A stretch of 64,000 bases of DNA, from positions 62,001-126,000 of the IMG/VR virus record IMGVR_UViG_3300010885_076238, one strand, 5' to 3'. Below, piece after piece: positions 46,759 through 56,573 of the stretch; position 1 is the stretch's first letter; every line of letters begins with the position of its first letter. The position numbers and the translations under genes were made by a program. Under the pieces are notes generated by a model. It searched no databases. It had not been told where the DNA came from and saw only the letters and a program-made list of their open reading frames with translations.

Positions 46759-47318
46759 AAAAATATTATTATCACGTTACTGAAAAGTTTTGGGGAAAGC
46801 AAATTACCCTCAATCCCCGAATTACTGGCAAAAAACGAGATTTAGATTATGAACCCAAAGTAAAAAGAATCTGCGTTAGTTCAACCATCGAAGGATGCTT
46901 GACTGCTGTATATCTTTACGAAATGACCGAATGGAATATTTATAGAACCAAAAGAAAAGTCATAGCACACAAAACAAAAGATATTCCAGATAGTAAAATA
47001 ACAAATGAATTTTGGCTCAAAAGACCAACGCAATTTGTTTACCACGGCTCAGTCAGAGGAAGACATTTTGCAAAAATTATTAAAAAGTCGTTCGACTTTT
47101 TTAACAAAAATGACTTGCTGATTGGCGACGGAGAAAAGAAAACTTTCAATCACCAAATAATTATTAAGAACCAACTAAAGAAATTAATAAAAGAAAACAA
47201 GATAACATTTGAAAAATTACCTAAGAACGAAATGCACGACATGACAGATTTCATCTTAGAGTTATCAGACAGTAAAAAATTTGAAGGCATCGAAGAACTT
47301 GAAGAAGATTATACTTAA
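46755..47318 (+). CDS. possible ADP-ribosyltransferase-fold protein
   Basis: YYHVT (beta1 His), RICVSS (beta2 Ser), TNEFW (beta5 Glu). Confidence 0.4.
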   Translation: MKKYYYHVTEKFWGKQITLNPRITGKKRDLDYEPKVKRICVSSTIEGCLTAVYLYEMTEWNIYRTKRKVIAHKTKDIPDSKITNEFWLKRPTQFVYHGSVRGRHFAKIIKKSFDFFNKNDLLIGDGEKKTFNHQIIIKNQLKKLIKENKITFEKLPKNEMHDMTDFILELSDSKKFEGIEELEEDYT

Positions 47319-47337
47319 TTCGGAGCGTTGTGCATCT

Positions 47338-47535
47338 ATGAACACGATTGACCAGCATCTTTCCGCTCTGATTCTAAAGCAAAGAGGCGATAATAGAAAA
47401 TTGGTTGACGAAGTTCTAAGTCTGTCGGCAGATAGTAAAAATAAAATTTTTCATATTCTTCTTGACTTAGACAACGAAAATAAAAGATTAAAAAATGATG
47501 CTCGTAGAGCAAAGTTTTATCCAAGTTTCAGATGA
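47338..47535 (+). CDS. hypothetical protein
   Basis: Short coupled ORF. Confidence 0.55.
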   Translation: MNTIDQHLSALILKQRGDNRKLVDEVLSLSADSKNKIFHILLDLDNENKRLKNDARRAKFYPSFR

Positions 47536-48074
47536 TAAAAAATCATGGCTACCAATCCATCATGGCTACCAATCCTATAGATTTCAAAAAAGCAACGCTT
47601 AATTATGGCAAGGAAGCCATAGAAGGTGTTCTAGTAATTGCGAATGATCCAGCAATAACTAAACTAGATAAAAAGTCAAGCGTTAAGATTCCTAAAAAAA
47701 TATTCGTGCCTGTAAAGGAGTCTGTTTTTTACACGAATAGTCCTGCTCATATGAATGAAGTTCTTGAAAGATGCAAACAAAGCGATATGTTAGAATTGCT
47801 TAGTTATTTAGACTTATCCGTACCTTTTATAGATGATTATTTCTTTGACGGCGACTCAGGATTTATAGTTAATTTTTATCAGCCAGATCAAGGAGATTGT
47901 CTGGCAGATCAGCGTTATCATAAATGTCCAGTTTGTATTCAATTGCTTGACCCAATCGAATGGCTAAACAATTGGGATATGAGCGACGATGATAAAAATA
48001 AATGGATCGTCGCCATGATAAACCAAAACCTACCAGAAAATATTAAAAATAAACTGCTTTTGATAGGCCTTTAA
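47532..48074 (+). CDS. hypothetical protein with terminal LP-xN motif
   Basis: C-terminus NLPENIKNKLLL. Confidence 0.65.
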   Translation: MIKNHGYQSIMATNPIDFKKATLNYGKEAIEGVLVIANDPAITKLDKKSSVKIPKKIFVPVKESVFYTNSPAHMNEVLERCKQSDMLELLSYLDLSVPFIDDYFFDGDSGFIVNFYQPDQGDCLADQRYHKCPVCIQLLDPIEWLNNWDMSDDDKNKWIVAMINQNLPENIKNKLLLIGL

Positions 48075-48120
48075 TATTAATTATTAAAACGCGTTATCAA
48101 GTATCAAGCAAGGACAACAA

Positions 48121-49137
48121 ATGAATAGCTACCACAAGCAATATAGAGAATTTGTCAAAGAACTCAACCCAACCGATGCAGAAGTTAATAATTTTTTGTG
48201 GGGACATAAAGCAGATTTCTCTCAACATAAGAAATTAGGAATAATTAAAAAAATTCTCACCAGTCCAAAATGGTGTTACGAATACGCAAAACTTATAAAT
48301 AAAGATAGATGGGAAAAGGGCGAAAAAACCATACTGACTGATGCCCAACATTCACACCTTTACGCAAGAGATATAATCAAAGGTAGATGGATCGAAGCAG
48401 AAGAAATTATCAAAACAGAATCCTCAATTGCGTATGATTATGCAGCAAACATAATCAAAGGCAGATGGATCGAAGCAGAAGAAATTATCAAAGAGGATTC
48501 ATATAGAACATATTTTTACGCAGCAAACATAATCAAAGGCAGATGGATCGAAGGCGAAGAAATTATCAAAACAGCCGGTGACGCTGACGCTGCTTATCAT
48601 TATGCAAAAGATATAATTAAAGGTAGATGGATAGAAGCAGAAGATTTTATTAAAACAAATCCAGGTTGTGCTTTTGGTTACGCAAATGATGTTATCAAAG
48701 GTAGATGGATCGAAGCAGAAGATTTTATTAAAACAAATCCATGCTATGCTTATGAGTATGCAAAAGATGTGATCAAAGGCAGATGGATCGAAGCAGAAGA
48801 TTTTATTAAAACAGATCCATACTATGCTTATTATTACGCAAGAGATGTCATCAAAGGTAGATGGATCGAAGGCGAAGAAATTATTAAAACAGATCCACGC
48901 CATGCTTATGATTATGCAAAAGATGTGATCGAAGGCAGATGGATCGAAGGTGAAGATATTATTAAAACAGATCTGCGTTATTCATGGGATTATGTTCGAA
49001 ATTTAGTAAAAGAAAGATGGGAAAATGGAGAAGGAATCTTCGCATCTGATCCACAATATTTGTATAGATATGCCACGGAAATTCTAATAGACGAACTACC
49101 CCCCGAATTAGAAGCAGCATACGCTTTACATGAATAA
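48121..49137 (+). CDS. 26-aa helical-repeat protein with near-identical units
   Basis: [I/V]I[K/E]GRWIE[A/G]E x8 plus degenerate flanks; promoter at 48073-48097. Confidence 0.9.
   Translation: MNSYHKQYREFVKELNPTDAEVNNFLWGHKADFSQHKKLGIIKKILTSPKWCYEYAKLINKDRWEKGEKTILTDAQHSHLYARDIIKGRWIEAEEIIKTESSIAYDYAANIIKGRWIEAEEIIKEDSYRTYFYAANIIKGRWIEGEEIIKTAGDADAAYHYAKDIIKGRWIEAEDFIKTNPGCAFGYANDVIKGRWIEAEDFIKTNPCYAYEYAKDVIKGRWIEAEDFIKTDPYYAYYYARDVIKGRWIEGEEIIKTDPRHAYDYAKDVIEGRWIEGEDIIKTDLRYSWDYVRNLVKERWENGEGIFASDPQYLYRYATEILIDELPPELEAAYALHE
48373..49002 (+). repeat. 78-bp coding tandem repeat, 8 copies (one of 84 bp)
   Basis: Near-constant core ATCAAAGGYAGATGGATCGAAG...ATYAAAAC with variable codons between copies. 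Confidence 0.9.
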
Positions 49138-49146
49138 GGAAATAAA

Positions 49147-49671
49147 ATGAAAATTATTAAGAAGATAGAAAAAAAATCAGAATACAGTGACAGGTTAGTA
49201 GCCACTACAATTTTATTTAAAAATGAACACGGAATTTTTCAACTAGACGATAGTAAAAATATTTTGCACAAGTGGAATGATAACGAAGGTTGGGTTTACG
49301 TTACCAACGAAACGACAGGCATTAATGACGCAAAAAATTTAATAGAAGAAATGTTTACGCCAGAAACGATCCTGCCTAAAGAAATTGAAGAGCCTCAAAA
49401 ATTTCTTATAAGTAACGATTCGATTTTATCCGACGAAGAAGTGATGATAGTAGTAAACATTGTGAAAAAAGCAGTGAATGAATGGAGACTGTTTCCCGGC
49501 ATGAACGAAGAAAAAAAAGAATGTTTACAAGAATTGGAGTATCTTAGATATTGTAATGATAACGAACTCACAGCCTTCTTTAAACACTCTGGCAAAATCT
49601 TTCTTAGTAGTCTGCCAGAAATGATTAAAAATAAACTAATCTGCAAAATGGCTTTCAAAGAAGCTGCCTAG
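49147..49671 (+). CDS. hypothetical protein with terminal LP-xN motif
   Basis: SLPEMIKNKLIC near the C-terminus. Confidence 0.7.
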   Translation: MKIIKKIEKKSEYSDRLVATTILFKNEHGIFQLDDSKNILHKWNDNEGWVYVTNETTGINDAKNLIEEMFTPETILPKEIEEPQKFLISNDSILSDEEVMIVVNIVKKAVNEWRLFPGMNEEKKECLQELEYLRYCNDNELTAFFKHSGKIFLSSLPEMIKNKLICKMAFKEAA

Positions 49672-49692
49672 TATTAAATTAAAGGAGAAACA

Positions 49693-50049
49693 ATGGAAAA
49701 TAAAGTTTTTGCGTTAATTTCTAAAGAGGAAGGCTACGAACTACTTCTTGAATTTTATAGTATCTGGTTTGCTGCAAGAAACATCAAAGATATTCTGAGT
49801 GAAGATAGACATCTTGACCTTCCTTCTTTTAGAAACTGCTCAGAGGACATTTGCTTGTTGTCACGAACATTGGGGCAAAAAGAAGTGTTTGATTTTATTA
49901 AAGAAAAACTAGATTGTGAAGAAATAGTTCTAGAAGATGAAAGAAATAAAATTCTAGTTAATTCACAAGAAGATGACGACGAAGAAGATGACGAAGATGA
50001 TGATGACGACGAATATGACGATGATGACGACGAAGAAGAAGATGAATAA
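49693..50049 (+). CDS. protein with long poly-D/E tail
   Basis: Ends EDDDEEDDEDDDDDEYDDDDDEEEDE. Confidence 0.75.
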   Translation: MENKVFALISKEEGYELLLEFYSIWFAARNIKDILSEDRHLDLPSFRNCSEDICLLSRTLGQKEVFDFIKEKLDCEEIVLEDERNKILVNSQEDDDEEDDEDDDDDEYDDDDDEEEDE

Positions 50050-50067
50050 TTATTAAGGAATTAAAAG

Positions 50068-50292
50068 ATGTGGATAAGCCCCAATAAGCACCGTGTAAAG
50101 GTTGGAGACAGACTTAGGCTCACTAACCACCTAAGTCAAGAAAGCCTGCCTATCGGCCTATTAGGAACCGTTACCCATGTAAATGAAGGAACCTATAACC
50201 TTCATATTCATATGAAATGGGACAACGGCTCAACCCTAGCATTACTGGAAACTGACAGCGATTGCTACGAAATTGTCAAAGAAGAAAAATAA
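50068..50292 (+). CDS. DUF4314-like SH3-fold protein
   Basis: VGDRLRL...GTV...WDNGSTLAL. Confidence 0.6.
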   Translation: MWISPNKHRVKVGDRLRLTNHLSQESLPIGLLGTVTHVNEGTYNLHIHMKWDNGSTLALLETDSDCYEIVKEEK

Positions 50293-50315
50293 AAATTAGA
50301 AATGGATAATAACTA

Positions 50316-50630
50316 ATGACTAGTATTAGATTGATTACTTTTTATGAAGCCCCCGACTGCTGGGACATTGCAGAGGCCGATCTAGACAAAGAGATTGATG
50401 AACAATTAGATGAATATGTAGCCTCTAACATACAAAACATTACCAGTCCAGGCTTTGTTGTAAAAGATTTTGAAGTGCCAGAAAATTTAGAAAAACAACT
50501 AATTCTAGATATTTGTAACGGAAAGTCTATGGCAGTTTGGATCGAGAAATCCGTGGATTTTCATAGCGAATATTACCAAAATTGGATCTTTTTCAAGAAT
50601 AAAGAAAACTCTTGGGAAGACCTAAAATAA
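50316..50630 (+). CDS. hypothetical protein
   Basis: Operon ORF. Confidence 0.65.
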   Translation: MTSIRLITFYEAPDCWDIAEADLDKEIDEQLDEYVASNIQNITSPGFVVKDFEVPENLEKQLILDICNGKSMAVWIEKSVDFHSEYYQNWIFFKNKENSWEDLK

Positions 50631-50656
50631 TAATTAACCCAACGCGTTATGCCACT

Positions 50657-50899
50657 ATGAGATGGAACTACAGACTGCTTGATAGGTCGCACAAAAACGG
50701 TGGAGAACCTTGGCTTGAAATCGTAGAGGTTTATTATGATGAACATAACAAACTAATAGGATTTTCTGAACCTTGTCTCAACGCAGAAAATAAAGAAGAA
50801 GTTATAAGCACCCTACAGATGATTATTAAAGATATTAGCAAAGAAAATGTGCTAAATGTTTCTGATTTCGGAATGACAATACAACAGGATACGCAATAA
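50657..50899 (+). CDS. hypothetical phage protein (MRWNYR...EVYY)
   Basis: Leaderless ATG 6 nt after the promoter at 50626-50650. Confidence 0.7.
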   Translation: MRWNYRLLDRSHKNGGEPWLEIVEVYYDEHNKLIGFSEPCLNAENKEEVISTLQMIIKDISKENVLNVSDFGMTIQQDTQ

Positions 50900-50901
50900 A
50901 T

Positions 50902-51138
50902 ATGAATATTCTTTCAAAACAACAACATTTGTTTGTTAAAAATGCTGTTGATAAACATTTGGGATTTAAAGAAAATCACAACTACTCAGAAAACGAAGAA
51001 ATCAAAATTAAAAAAGTTGTTGCAAACTTTGTGAACTCAATCAATGAAGAAGCAAGTGTGCCTAAAGTATTGGATGGATATTTAGATGATTATCTCGATT
51101 TTCTCGTAATTTGTGCTTGTGCCGATTCTGTGGAATAA
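50902..51138 (+). CDS. hypothetical protein
   Basis: Operon ORF. Confidence 0.6.
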   Translation: MNILSKQQHLFVKNAVDKHLGFKENHNYSENEEIKIKKVVANFVNSINEEASVPKVLDGYLDDYLDFLVICACADSVE

Positions 51139-51290
51139 AAATAAACATGAGTGAAACCGAAAATTATTCTCTGAGTGAGTTGGCTAATTCTTTGGCAACT
51201 GCATCAAATATTGCCAAAATATTAGGAATATAGCCTAGTTACTACTGGCGATTCGTTTAATCTTTTAAGGGAAGTTTTGGAGAATAAATA

Positions 51291-51638
51291 ATCAAAATAA
51301 TCCCTCTACAAGACTGTAAAGACAGACACCTTTACATAATTAATTCTAGAAATTTTAATCTTGGTGTTTTTGACGCTAAGAACAGAGATTTTATTGGAAT
51401 AAGAATAAAAATTGGAGATACATTTTTAGACAGAGAAAACCACAGTATTGGCTGTGTCAAAGTGTTTGAAGAAATAGAAAATATTCCAGACCATATTGAA
51501 CTAAAAATAGGACACCGCTCTGAAACTGAACTTAATGTTTGGGGAGATCGTTTATGGGTGGAAAATAAAGATCTTTTTAACTATCTGGAAGATAAGTGCC
51601 GTAATCTATTAGCAAAGGATAATGACAAAATACAGTAG
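51291..51638 (+). CDS. 115-aa ORF with apparent ATC start (not in track)
   Basis: IKIIPLQDCKDRHLYIINSRNFNLGVFD...FIGIR...*; GGAG 8 nt upstream; TAATC junction. Confidence 0.55.
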   Translation: MKIIPLQDCKDRHLYIINSRNFNLGVFDAKNRDFIGIRIKIGDTFLDRENHSIGCVKVFEEIENIPDHIELKIGHRSETELNVWGDRLWVENKDLFNYLEDKCRNLLAKDNDKIQ

Positions 51639-51737
51639 AATAAAAAAGCTCAATCTCTTGTCTCAAGTTCATTTTTGGCACTACAACCCCTGAAATAATA
51701 TTTGATCTGATCCGCTATCCTCAATGAAGGTAACACC

Positions 51738-52691
51738 ATGAACGCTAAAGAATCATACTTTCACGCAAAAAATGTTCTCAAAGGAAGAAGCAAAGACTTT
51801 GAAGATCATATATTAAAAACCAAATGGAATTGTTGGTCAGAAGATCATAAGTATTACAACCTTTATTTTAAAAATATACTCAAAGGCAGATGGGAAGAAT
51901 TAGAAAATCGCCTTGTAAAAGACATTGTGGCTCCAAAAAAAGGAGATATGCTTTCGCACAACGAGTGGAACATAGCAATAAATTATTGTGAAAATATTAA
52001 TGAAAGATGCAATGAATTAGAAGAAAAAATATTATCTCTTGTTAAAAATTGGCGCTTTGATGATATGGCAATAAACTATTGTGAAAAAGTCATCAAAGGA
52101 AGATGGGAAGAATTAGAAGAAATTATTAAAAAAGAGCCAAATTCCCTTTCTCGCGCACACACTTGCTACTTGTACGCAGAAAGAATCATAAAAGGCAGAT
52201 GGAAGGAAGCAGAAGAACTTATTAAAGAAGAACCAAGAGTCGCTGTTGATTATGCTAGAGAAATAATCAAAGGCAGATGGAATGAAGCAGAGCCATACAT
52301 TCTAAAAAATGAATTATGGGCATTCAATTATGCAAGAGACATAATCAAAGATAGATGGATCGAAGCAGAAAATATTATTACAGGCTCCGCACAAAAATAT
52401 TACAAACAACTTGTTAAAAATAAAATTCTCGACCTGTTACAAAAAAAAGATTATGACAATGTTTTGAAATACGTTGATTATAAGCACTTCACTAATATCA
52501 TTAAAAATGCAGAGAAAAAGCACCACATTCCAGATGCTATCCGAAATGCGATGATGGCATCCTGCATCACAGGAAACGACCAAAACAGCACCAGCTTTTT
52601 CAAACAAGAAAAAATCTTCAAGGAAAAAATGAAAAATTTCTTGAAAGATTATAAAGGATTACTTGTTGATGATGTAATCGACAAGCTATAA
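51738..52691 (+). CDS. helical-repeat protein, LP-HN-M family
   Basis: IKGRWxE[L/A]E units; IPDAIRNAMMA; terminal VDDVIDKL. Confidence 0.85.
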   Translation: MNAKESYFHAKNVLKGRSKDFEDHILKTKWNCWSEDHKYYNLYFKNILKGRWEELENRLVKDIVAPKKGDMLSHNEWNIAINYCENINERCNELEEKILSLVKNWRFDDMAINYCEKVIKGRWEELEEIIKKEPNSLSRAHTCYLYAERIIKGRWKEAEELIKEEPRVAVDYAREIIKGRWNEAEPYILKNELWAFNYARDIIKDRWIEAENIITGSAQKYYKQLVKNKILDLLQKKDYDNVLKYVDYKHFTNIIKNAEKKHHIPDAIRNAMMASCITGNDQNSTSFFKQEKIFKEKMKNFLKDYKGLLVDDVIDKL

Positions 52692-52733
52692 AATAATAAT
52701 TAATATCATTGGTTATCAAGCAGAGGAACAAAT

Positions 52734-53552
52734 ATGACCCCACAAGAAGCATATTCTGAATTAATTAATCTTTTCAATAGCTCCCGACGAGGAATCGTCT
52801 TTTACTTTAAAGATTTTATTAATGCACCCGAACACAAAAAAGAAGTAGATGAACTAAAAAAAATAATTATTCAAGACCCCTTCACCGCTTCAGATTTTGC
52901 AATAAGTTCCGGCGAAAGATGGATCGAAGCAGAAGAAATTATTAAAACAAATCCAAAAATATTAAGCCATTATTTTTGTATGTTGTTTACAAGGGAATTC
53001 AAAAGAAGATGGAATGAAGCAGAAGCAGATATTCTAAAAGGAACTCCTAATAGTGTTTGGGATTATTATAAACCTGTGCAGTATCATGTGTCAAACTCTT
53101 TCCCAGACAATGTTTGGATAGAAGCAGAACCAGTTTTTGAAAAGAAAATGAGCATCTTTCATCAATATGTTCTAACCACAAAAAAGCCCAACAAAACCTA
53201 TGAACAAAAAATATTAAATGATCCAAGTTCTAAATATAATCCCAAATACATCTATGACTACTCTTCCAAAGTTCTACAAAGCAGATGGAAAGAAGCAGAA
53301 CATATAATATTAAAAAATCCAGACTACGCAGCAAAATATTGCTCGAAATTTAAGATGGTAGTTCCAGAAGAAATTCATAACCAAATAGTTGCAGAAGTCG
53401 CCTTAACCGACAAATCTTCCTCTTTCAGAAAGAAATTTCTCCAAGATCAAACCAAAAGAAAAGAAAAATTTTTAGAATATCTCAAAGAACTTGTTAGTAG
53501 TAATGTTATTAACAAAGATAGCACAGTTGAAGAATTAATAAATAATATTTAA
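52734..53552 (+). CDS. helical-repeat protein, LP-HN-M family
   Basis: RWIEAE units; VPEEIHNQIVA; terminal TVEELINNI. Confidence 0.85.
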   Translation: MTPQEAYSELINLFNSSRRGIVFYFKDFINAPEHKKEVDELKKIIIQDPFTASDFAISSGERWIEAEEIIKTNPKILSHYFCMLFTREFKRRWNEAEADILKGTPNSVWDYYKPVQYHVSNSFPDNVWIEAEPVFEKKMSIFHQYVLTTKKPNKTYEQKILNDPSSKYNPKYIYDYSSKVLQSRWKEAEHIILKNPDYAAKYCSKFKMVVPEEIHNQIVAEVALTDKSSSFRKKFLQDQTKRKEKFLEYLKELVSSNVINKDSTVEELINNI

Positions 53553-53571
53553 TCCCAACCGTTATAACACT

Positions 53572-54441
53572 ATGACAACTCTAAAAATCCCCAAGTTCAG
53601 AAATGCCAAAAGAGCAGCAGAGTTTGCTGTTAAACACAAAGTTACACTAAACGAAGAAACAGAAAAATTAATAGCACAAGACGCTGTAGCGTCCTACAAC
53701 TACGCATATCACGTTAAAGGCAAATTTGAACTTGCTGAACCCTTAATCGCTAAAGATTTGCATTTAGCAGTAATCTACGCCATCTATATTCTAAAAGGTA
53801 GATTCTATCTGGCCGAAAAAATGATTGCAGAATCTATCACAGAATATGGCTTGAAAAAAGAAAATTTCTATAACGCACCAGCATTTAATTACGCAAGAAG
53901 TGTTTGCCAAGGAAGATTTGAACTATTAGAACCATTAATTATTAATGATCCTGATCTTTGCTATCATTACGCCGCAGATGTTATTGGAGGAAGATGGGAG
54001 GAAGGAGAACCAACAATAGCAAAAGATTTACAACTTTCTCTGAATTATGCAAGATATGTATTAGACGGAAGATTTGAACTAGCAGAACCCTTGCTTGCAC
54101 AAGACTCAGACTACGCTTTTGAATACGCATCAGATGTTATTAACAGATATATAACTAACTGCGACTACAGAGACAGAACAAATAAACTTGCAAAAAGATT
54201 TGAACTTGGTGAAGAAGCTATTTCTAAAAATATTAAGAAATTAGCAAAATATATCGATCTAACCAAACAAGAACTAACAGGCACTATTCACAACATGATG
54301 ATCGCAAGAAGCCTAACCGATGACCTTCTTTCAAAAACATACTTCGATTACATCAGCGATAATAAAAAAACACTACTAGAGTATTTGAGCAAATATCCCG
54401 AAAATATGACCGTAAAAGAAATAACCCAATCTCTTAGTTAA
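53572..54441 (+). CDS. helical-repeat protein, LP-HN-M family
   Basis: PKFRNAKRA N-motif; GRFELAE units; LTGTIHNMMIA; leaderless promoter at 53541-53565. Confidence 0.85.
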   Translation: MTTLKIPKFRNAKRAAEFAVKHKVTLNEETEKLIAQDAVASYNYAYHVKGKFELAEPLIAKDLHLAVIYAIYILKGRFYLAEKMIAESITEYGLKKENFYNAPAFNYARSVCQGRFELLEPLIINDPDLCYHYAADVIGGRWEEGEPTIAKDLQLSLNYARYVLDGRFELAEPLLAQDSDYAFEYASDVINRYITNCDYRDRTNKLAKRFELGEEAISKNIKKLAKYIDLTKQELTGTIHNMMIARSLTDDLLSKTYFDYISDNKKTLLEYLSKYPENMTVKEITQSLS

Positions 54442-54469
54442 TAATAATTATTCCAAACCGTTATGAGGT

Positions 54470-55174
54470 ATGGAAGAACTAAACGAAATTATCATCTGCT
54501 CAATCCTCAACAAACTGAAAATTGATGCTATCGCCACTGTTTCAGAACAACTCAGTTGGGCAGATGCAGATGAAGATGGAAAAGTAGACGGCGGTGTGCA
54601 TTATTTTTTGGAACTTGACGCACTAAAAGAAACAAGAGAAAGATTAGTAAAAGAAATTCTTGAAGGATTCAATCGTCCAGAAATTCGAAATTATAGATTC
54701 AACAATAGCATCAAATACTCAAAAGTGCATCAGTTACAAGAAAACGAAAAACACATAAAGGAAATAAAATTTTTCGGAATCAACAGCAAAAATAAAACAA
54801 TAGAACCAATAAGTGAAAAATTAGATAAAAATATTAAAGATCTACTGCCAGAAAAAGTATACAATTTTATTATTGCAAAATGTTTGGTAGATGAAAATCA
54901 TAAACATATACTCAGTCTAAATGGATTAGATTTAATTCTCAATTATTGGAAAAATAATCTCCCCGATACAGATAATGATTGTTGGTCGGGTGACGGAAAT
55001 TCACAATATTTTTGGGAAGTGTTGTTCAAAGAAAACAACCAAATAAACGTAGATTATGGAGGCGAATTTGGAGCAGGCGAACTAAATTTCTATAGCCACA
55101 GTCAAGATTTATTAAAATATGATTTTTGGAAGGTTTTTACCGAAAATTATCCAAAAATTACTAATAATTCATAA
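54470..55174 (+). CDS. hypothetical protein (paralogue of 57301-57921)
   Basis: MEELNEIII vs MQEFNEIII; LPEKVYNFIIA; promoter at 54440-54464. Confidence 0.75.
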   Translation: MEELNEIIICSILNKLKIDAIATVSEQLSWADADEDGKVDGGVHYFLELDALKETRERLVKEILEGFNRPEIRNYRFNNSIKYSKVHQLQENEKHIKEIKFFGINSKNKTIEPISEKLDKNIKDLLPEKVYNFIIAKCLVDENHKHILSLNGLDLILNYWKNNLPDTDNDCWSGDGNSQYFWEVLFKENNQINVDYGGEFGAGELNFYSHSQDLLKYDFWKVFTENYPKITNNS

Positions 55175-55182
55175 ATAAAATT

Positions 55183-55761
55183 ATGACAACATTCAAAGAA
55201 TGGCTATGGAATAAAACCAAAGAACCCGAATACAAAGACTATAGTGCCTATGCCGCTGCTGTTGCTGCCAAAGAGAAAGAGCAGAAGGATAAGGATTCTA
55301 AGTACAATACAGTAAAAATAGACGATATTGAGATTCAAGGCGATGAAGACTTTATAAATAAAACAAAAAGTGCCTTATCACTATTATCACGCTCAAAAAC
55401 CTTCCAAGAAATTAAAAAATATTTAGGAAAGATAAAACAACACCGAGCGTCAGGAATGGTTCCTTATGCAAAACCACCCACTTTTGAAGTCGCAAAACCA
55501 ACATACTCAAGCGGTTCAAAATGGTACGCATCTGGTATCGCACACGATACCTACCACTCTTATCTTTATCACAACAATCAAGAATGGCATGGCAAAAAAG
55601 CAGAACAAGAATGTATTGCAATACAAATAAAGGTACATGACGAAATAGTTGGGAAAAGAATAATTCCAAACCCAATAGATCACCTTAATAAAAGATATCT
55701 GCAATCAATAAAAGATAATCCTACCCATCAAGACATTCCTTACGAAAAACGAGATTGGTAA
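55183..55761 (+). CDS. putative internal head protein, zincin-like (HDxxH)
   Basis: MTTFKEWL; WYASGIAHDTYHS...AEQEC; ATAAATA at 55171-55177. Confidence 0.6.
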   Translation: MTTFKEWLWNKTKEPEYKDYSAYAAAVAAKEKEQKDKDSKYNTVKIDDIEIQGDEDFINKTKSALSLLSRSKTFQEIKKYLGKIKQHRASGMVPYAKPPTFEVAKPTYSSGSKWYASGIAHDTYHSYLYHNNQEWHGKKAEQECIAIQIKVHDEIVGKRIIPNPIDHLNKRYLQSIKDNPTHQDIPYEKRDW

Positions 55762-55852
55762 ATTCATAAAAATAATTCTATATATGAATTAATAATAATT
55801 AATCAAATTCGTTATAACACTATGGCCCAAAACATGAACCCAAAGATAATCA

Positions 55853-56068
55853 ATGGATAACGAAATGGTTAGTATGATTCAAACCTTAATCGATAAGTTC
55901 TCTAGTGAGCAAAAACGATTAGAACAAAAGATTATAAAAGGCTCTATTAAAGAATCTGTCTCAAACGATGAACTTTTAGCCCTAGCAAAAGACTTGGTTT
56001 CTGAAATCAAAAAGATCAAAAGAATCATACTTACGCTAGAAGATATTAAAAGTATGATGAATAATTAA
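55853..56068 (+). CDS. coiled-coil hypothetical protein
   Basis: Promoter at 55791-55815. Confidence 0.6.
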   Translation: MDNEMVSMIQTLIDKFSSEQKRLEQKIIKGSIKESVSNDELLALAKDLVSEIKKIKRIILTLEDIKSMMNN

Positions 56069-56329
56069 TTGGATAACACGATGAGAAAACGAATTTTGTC
56101 TGATGATGAAATTATAGAATCTATTAATATTTTCTATAATTCAAATCAATTACAAGAAAATTACGCAAGAATATCCGTTATGCGAAGAATTTTAAATAAA
56201 CCCCTACACGAAAATATAGCAAACGTGGCAGAAGAATCAATTACTGTCGCCTGCAAAGAAACACCCAAAATTATCGACCTTATACAAAACAAAGATACCA
56301 AAGAAAAAATATTACTACTCGTATTATAA
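56069..56329 (+). CDS. hypothetical protein
   Basis: Abuts upstream stop. Confidence 0.55.
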   Translation: MDNTMRKRILSDDEIIESINIFYNSNQLQENYARISVMRRILNKPLHENIANVAEESITVACKETPKIIDLIQNKDTKEKILLLVL

Positions 56330-56521
56330 TCATTTCTTATCGCTGCTGATTAGATTTAAATAACCGCCGCAATTCCTACATTTGGCTTTACCAGCATTTA
56401 TATCATACATTTTGGCCTTTTCTTTGTTTCCGCATCTACTGCACTCAGCATTACGATGGCCTTGAGGAGCATTTTTAGTTTTCGCTTCTAATATTTGTTG
56501 AAACTCATAAAAATTAATCAT
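56330..56521 (-). CDS. small zinc-ribbon protein with capsid-targeting-like N-terminus
   Basis: MINFYEFQQILEA; CSRC...CRNC; TAAATA (minus, 56540-56545) and AAGGAG. Confidence 0.7.
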   Translation of the reverse strand: MINFYEFQQILEAKTKNAPQGHRNAECSRCGNKEKAKMYDINAGKAKCRNCGGYLNLISSDKK

Positions 56522-56573
56522 AATATCTCCTTTTATTTTTATTTAGATTTGTGCAAATAAAAATCAACTTGAA

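Noticed and set aside
48373-49002. CRISPR array or DGR variable region
   Set aside because: Repeats are in-frame coding units without unique spacers of CRISPR form; variation is not confined to adenines; no reverse transcriptase or cas gene in the window.
51147-51291. Programmed frameshift in a short ORF (MSETENYS...LGI* with a plausible continuation EYSLVTTG...ENK* in another frame)
   Set aside because: No slippery site or stimulatory structure; a 1-nt indel (decay or sequencing error) is simpler.
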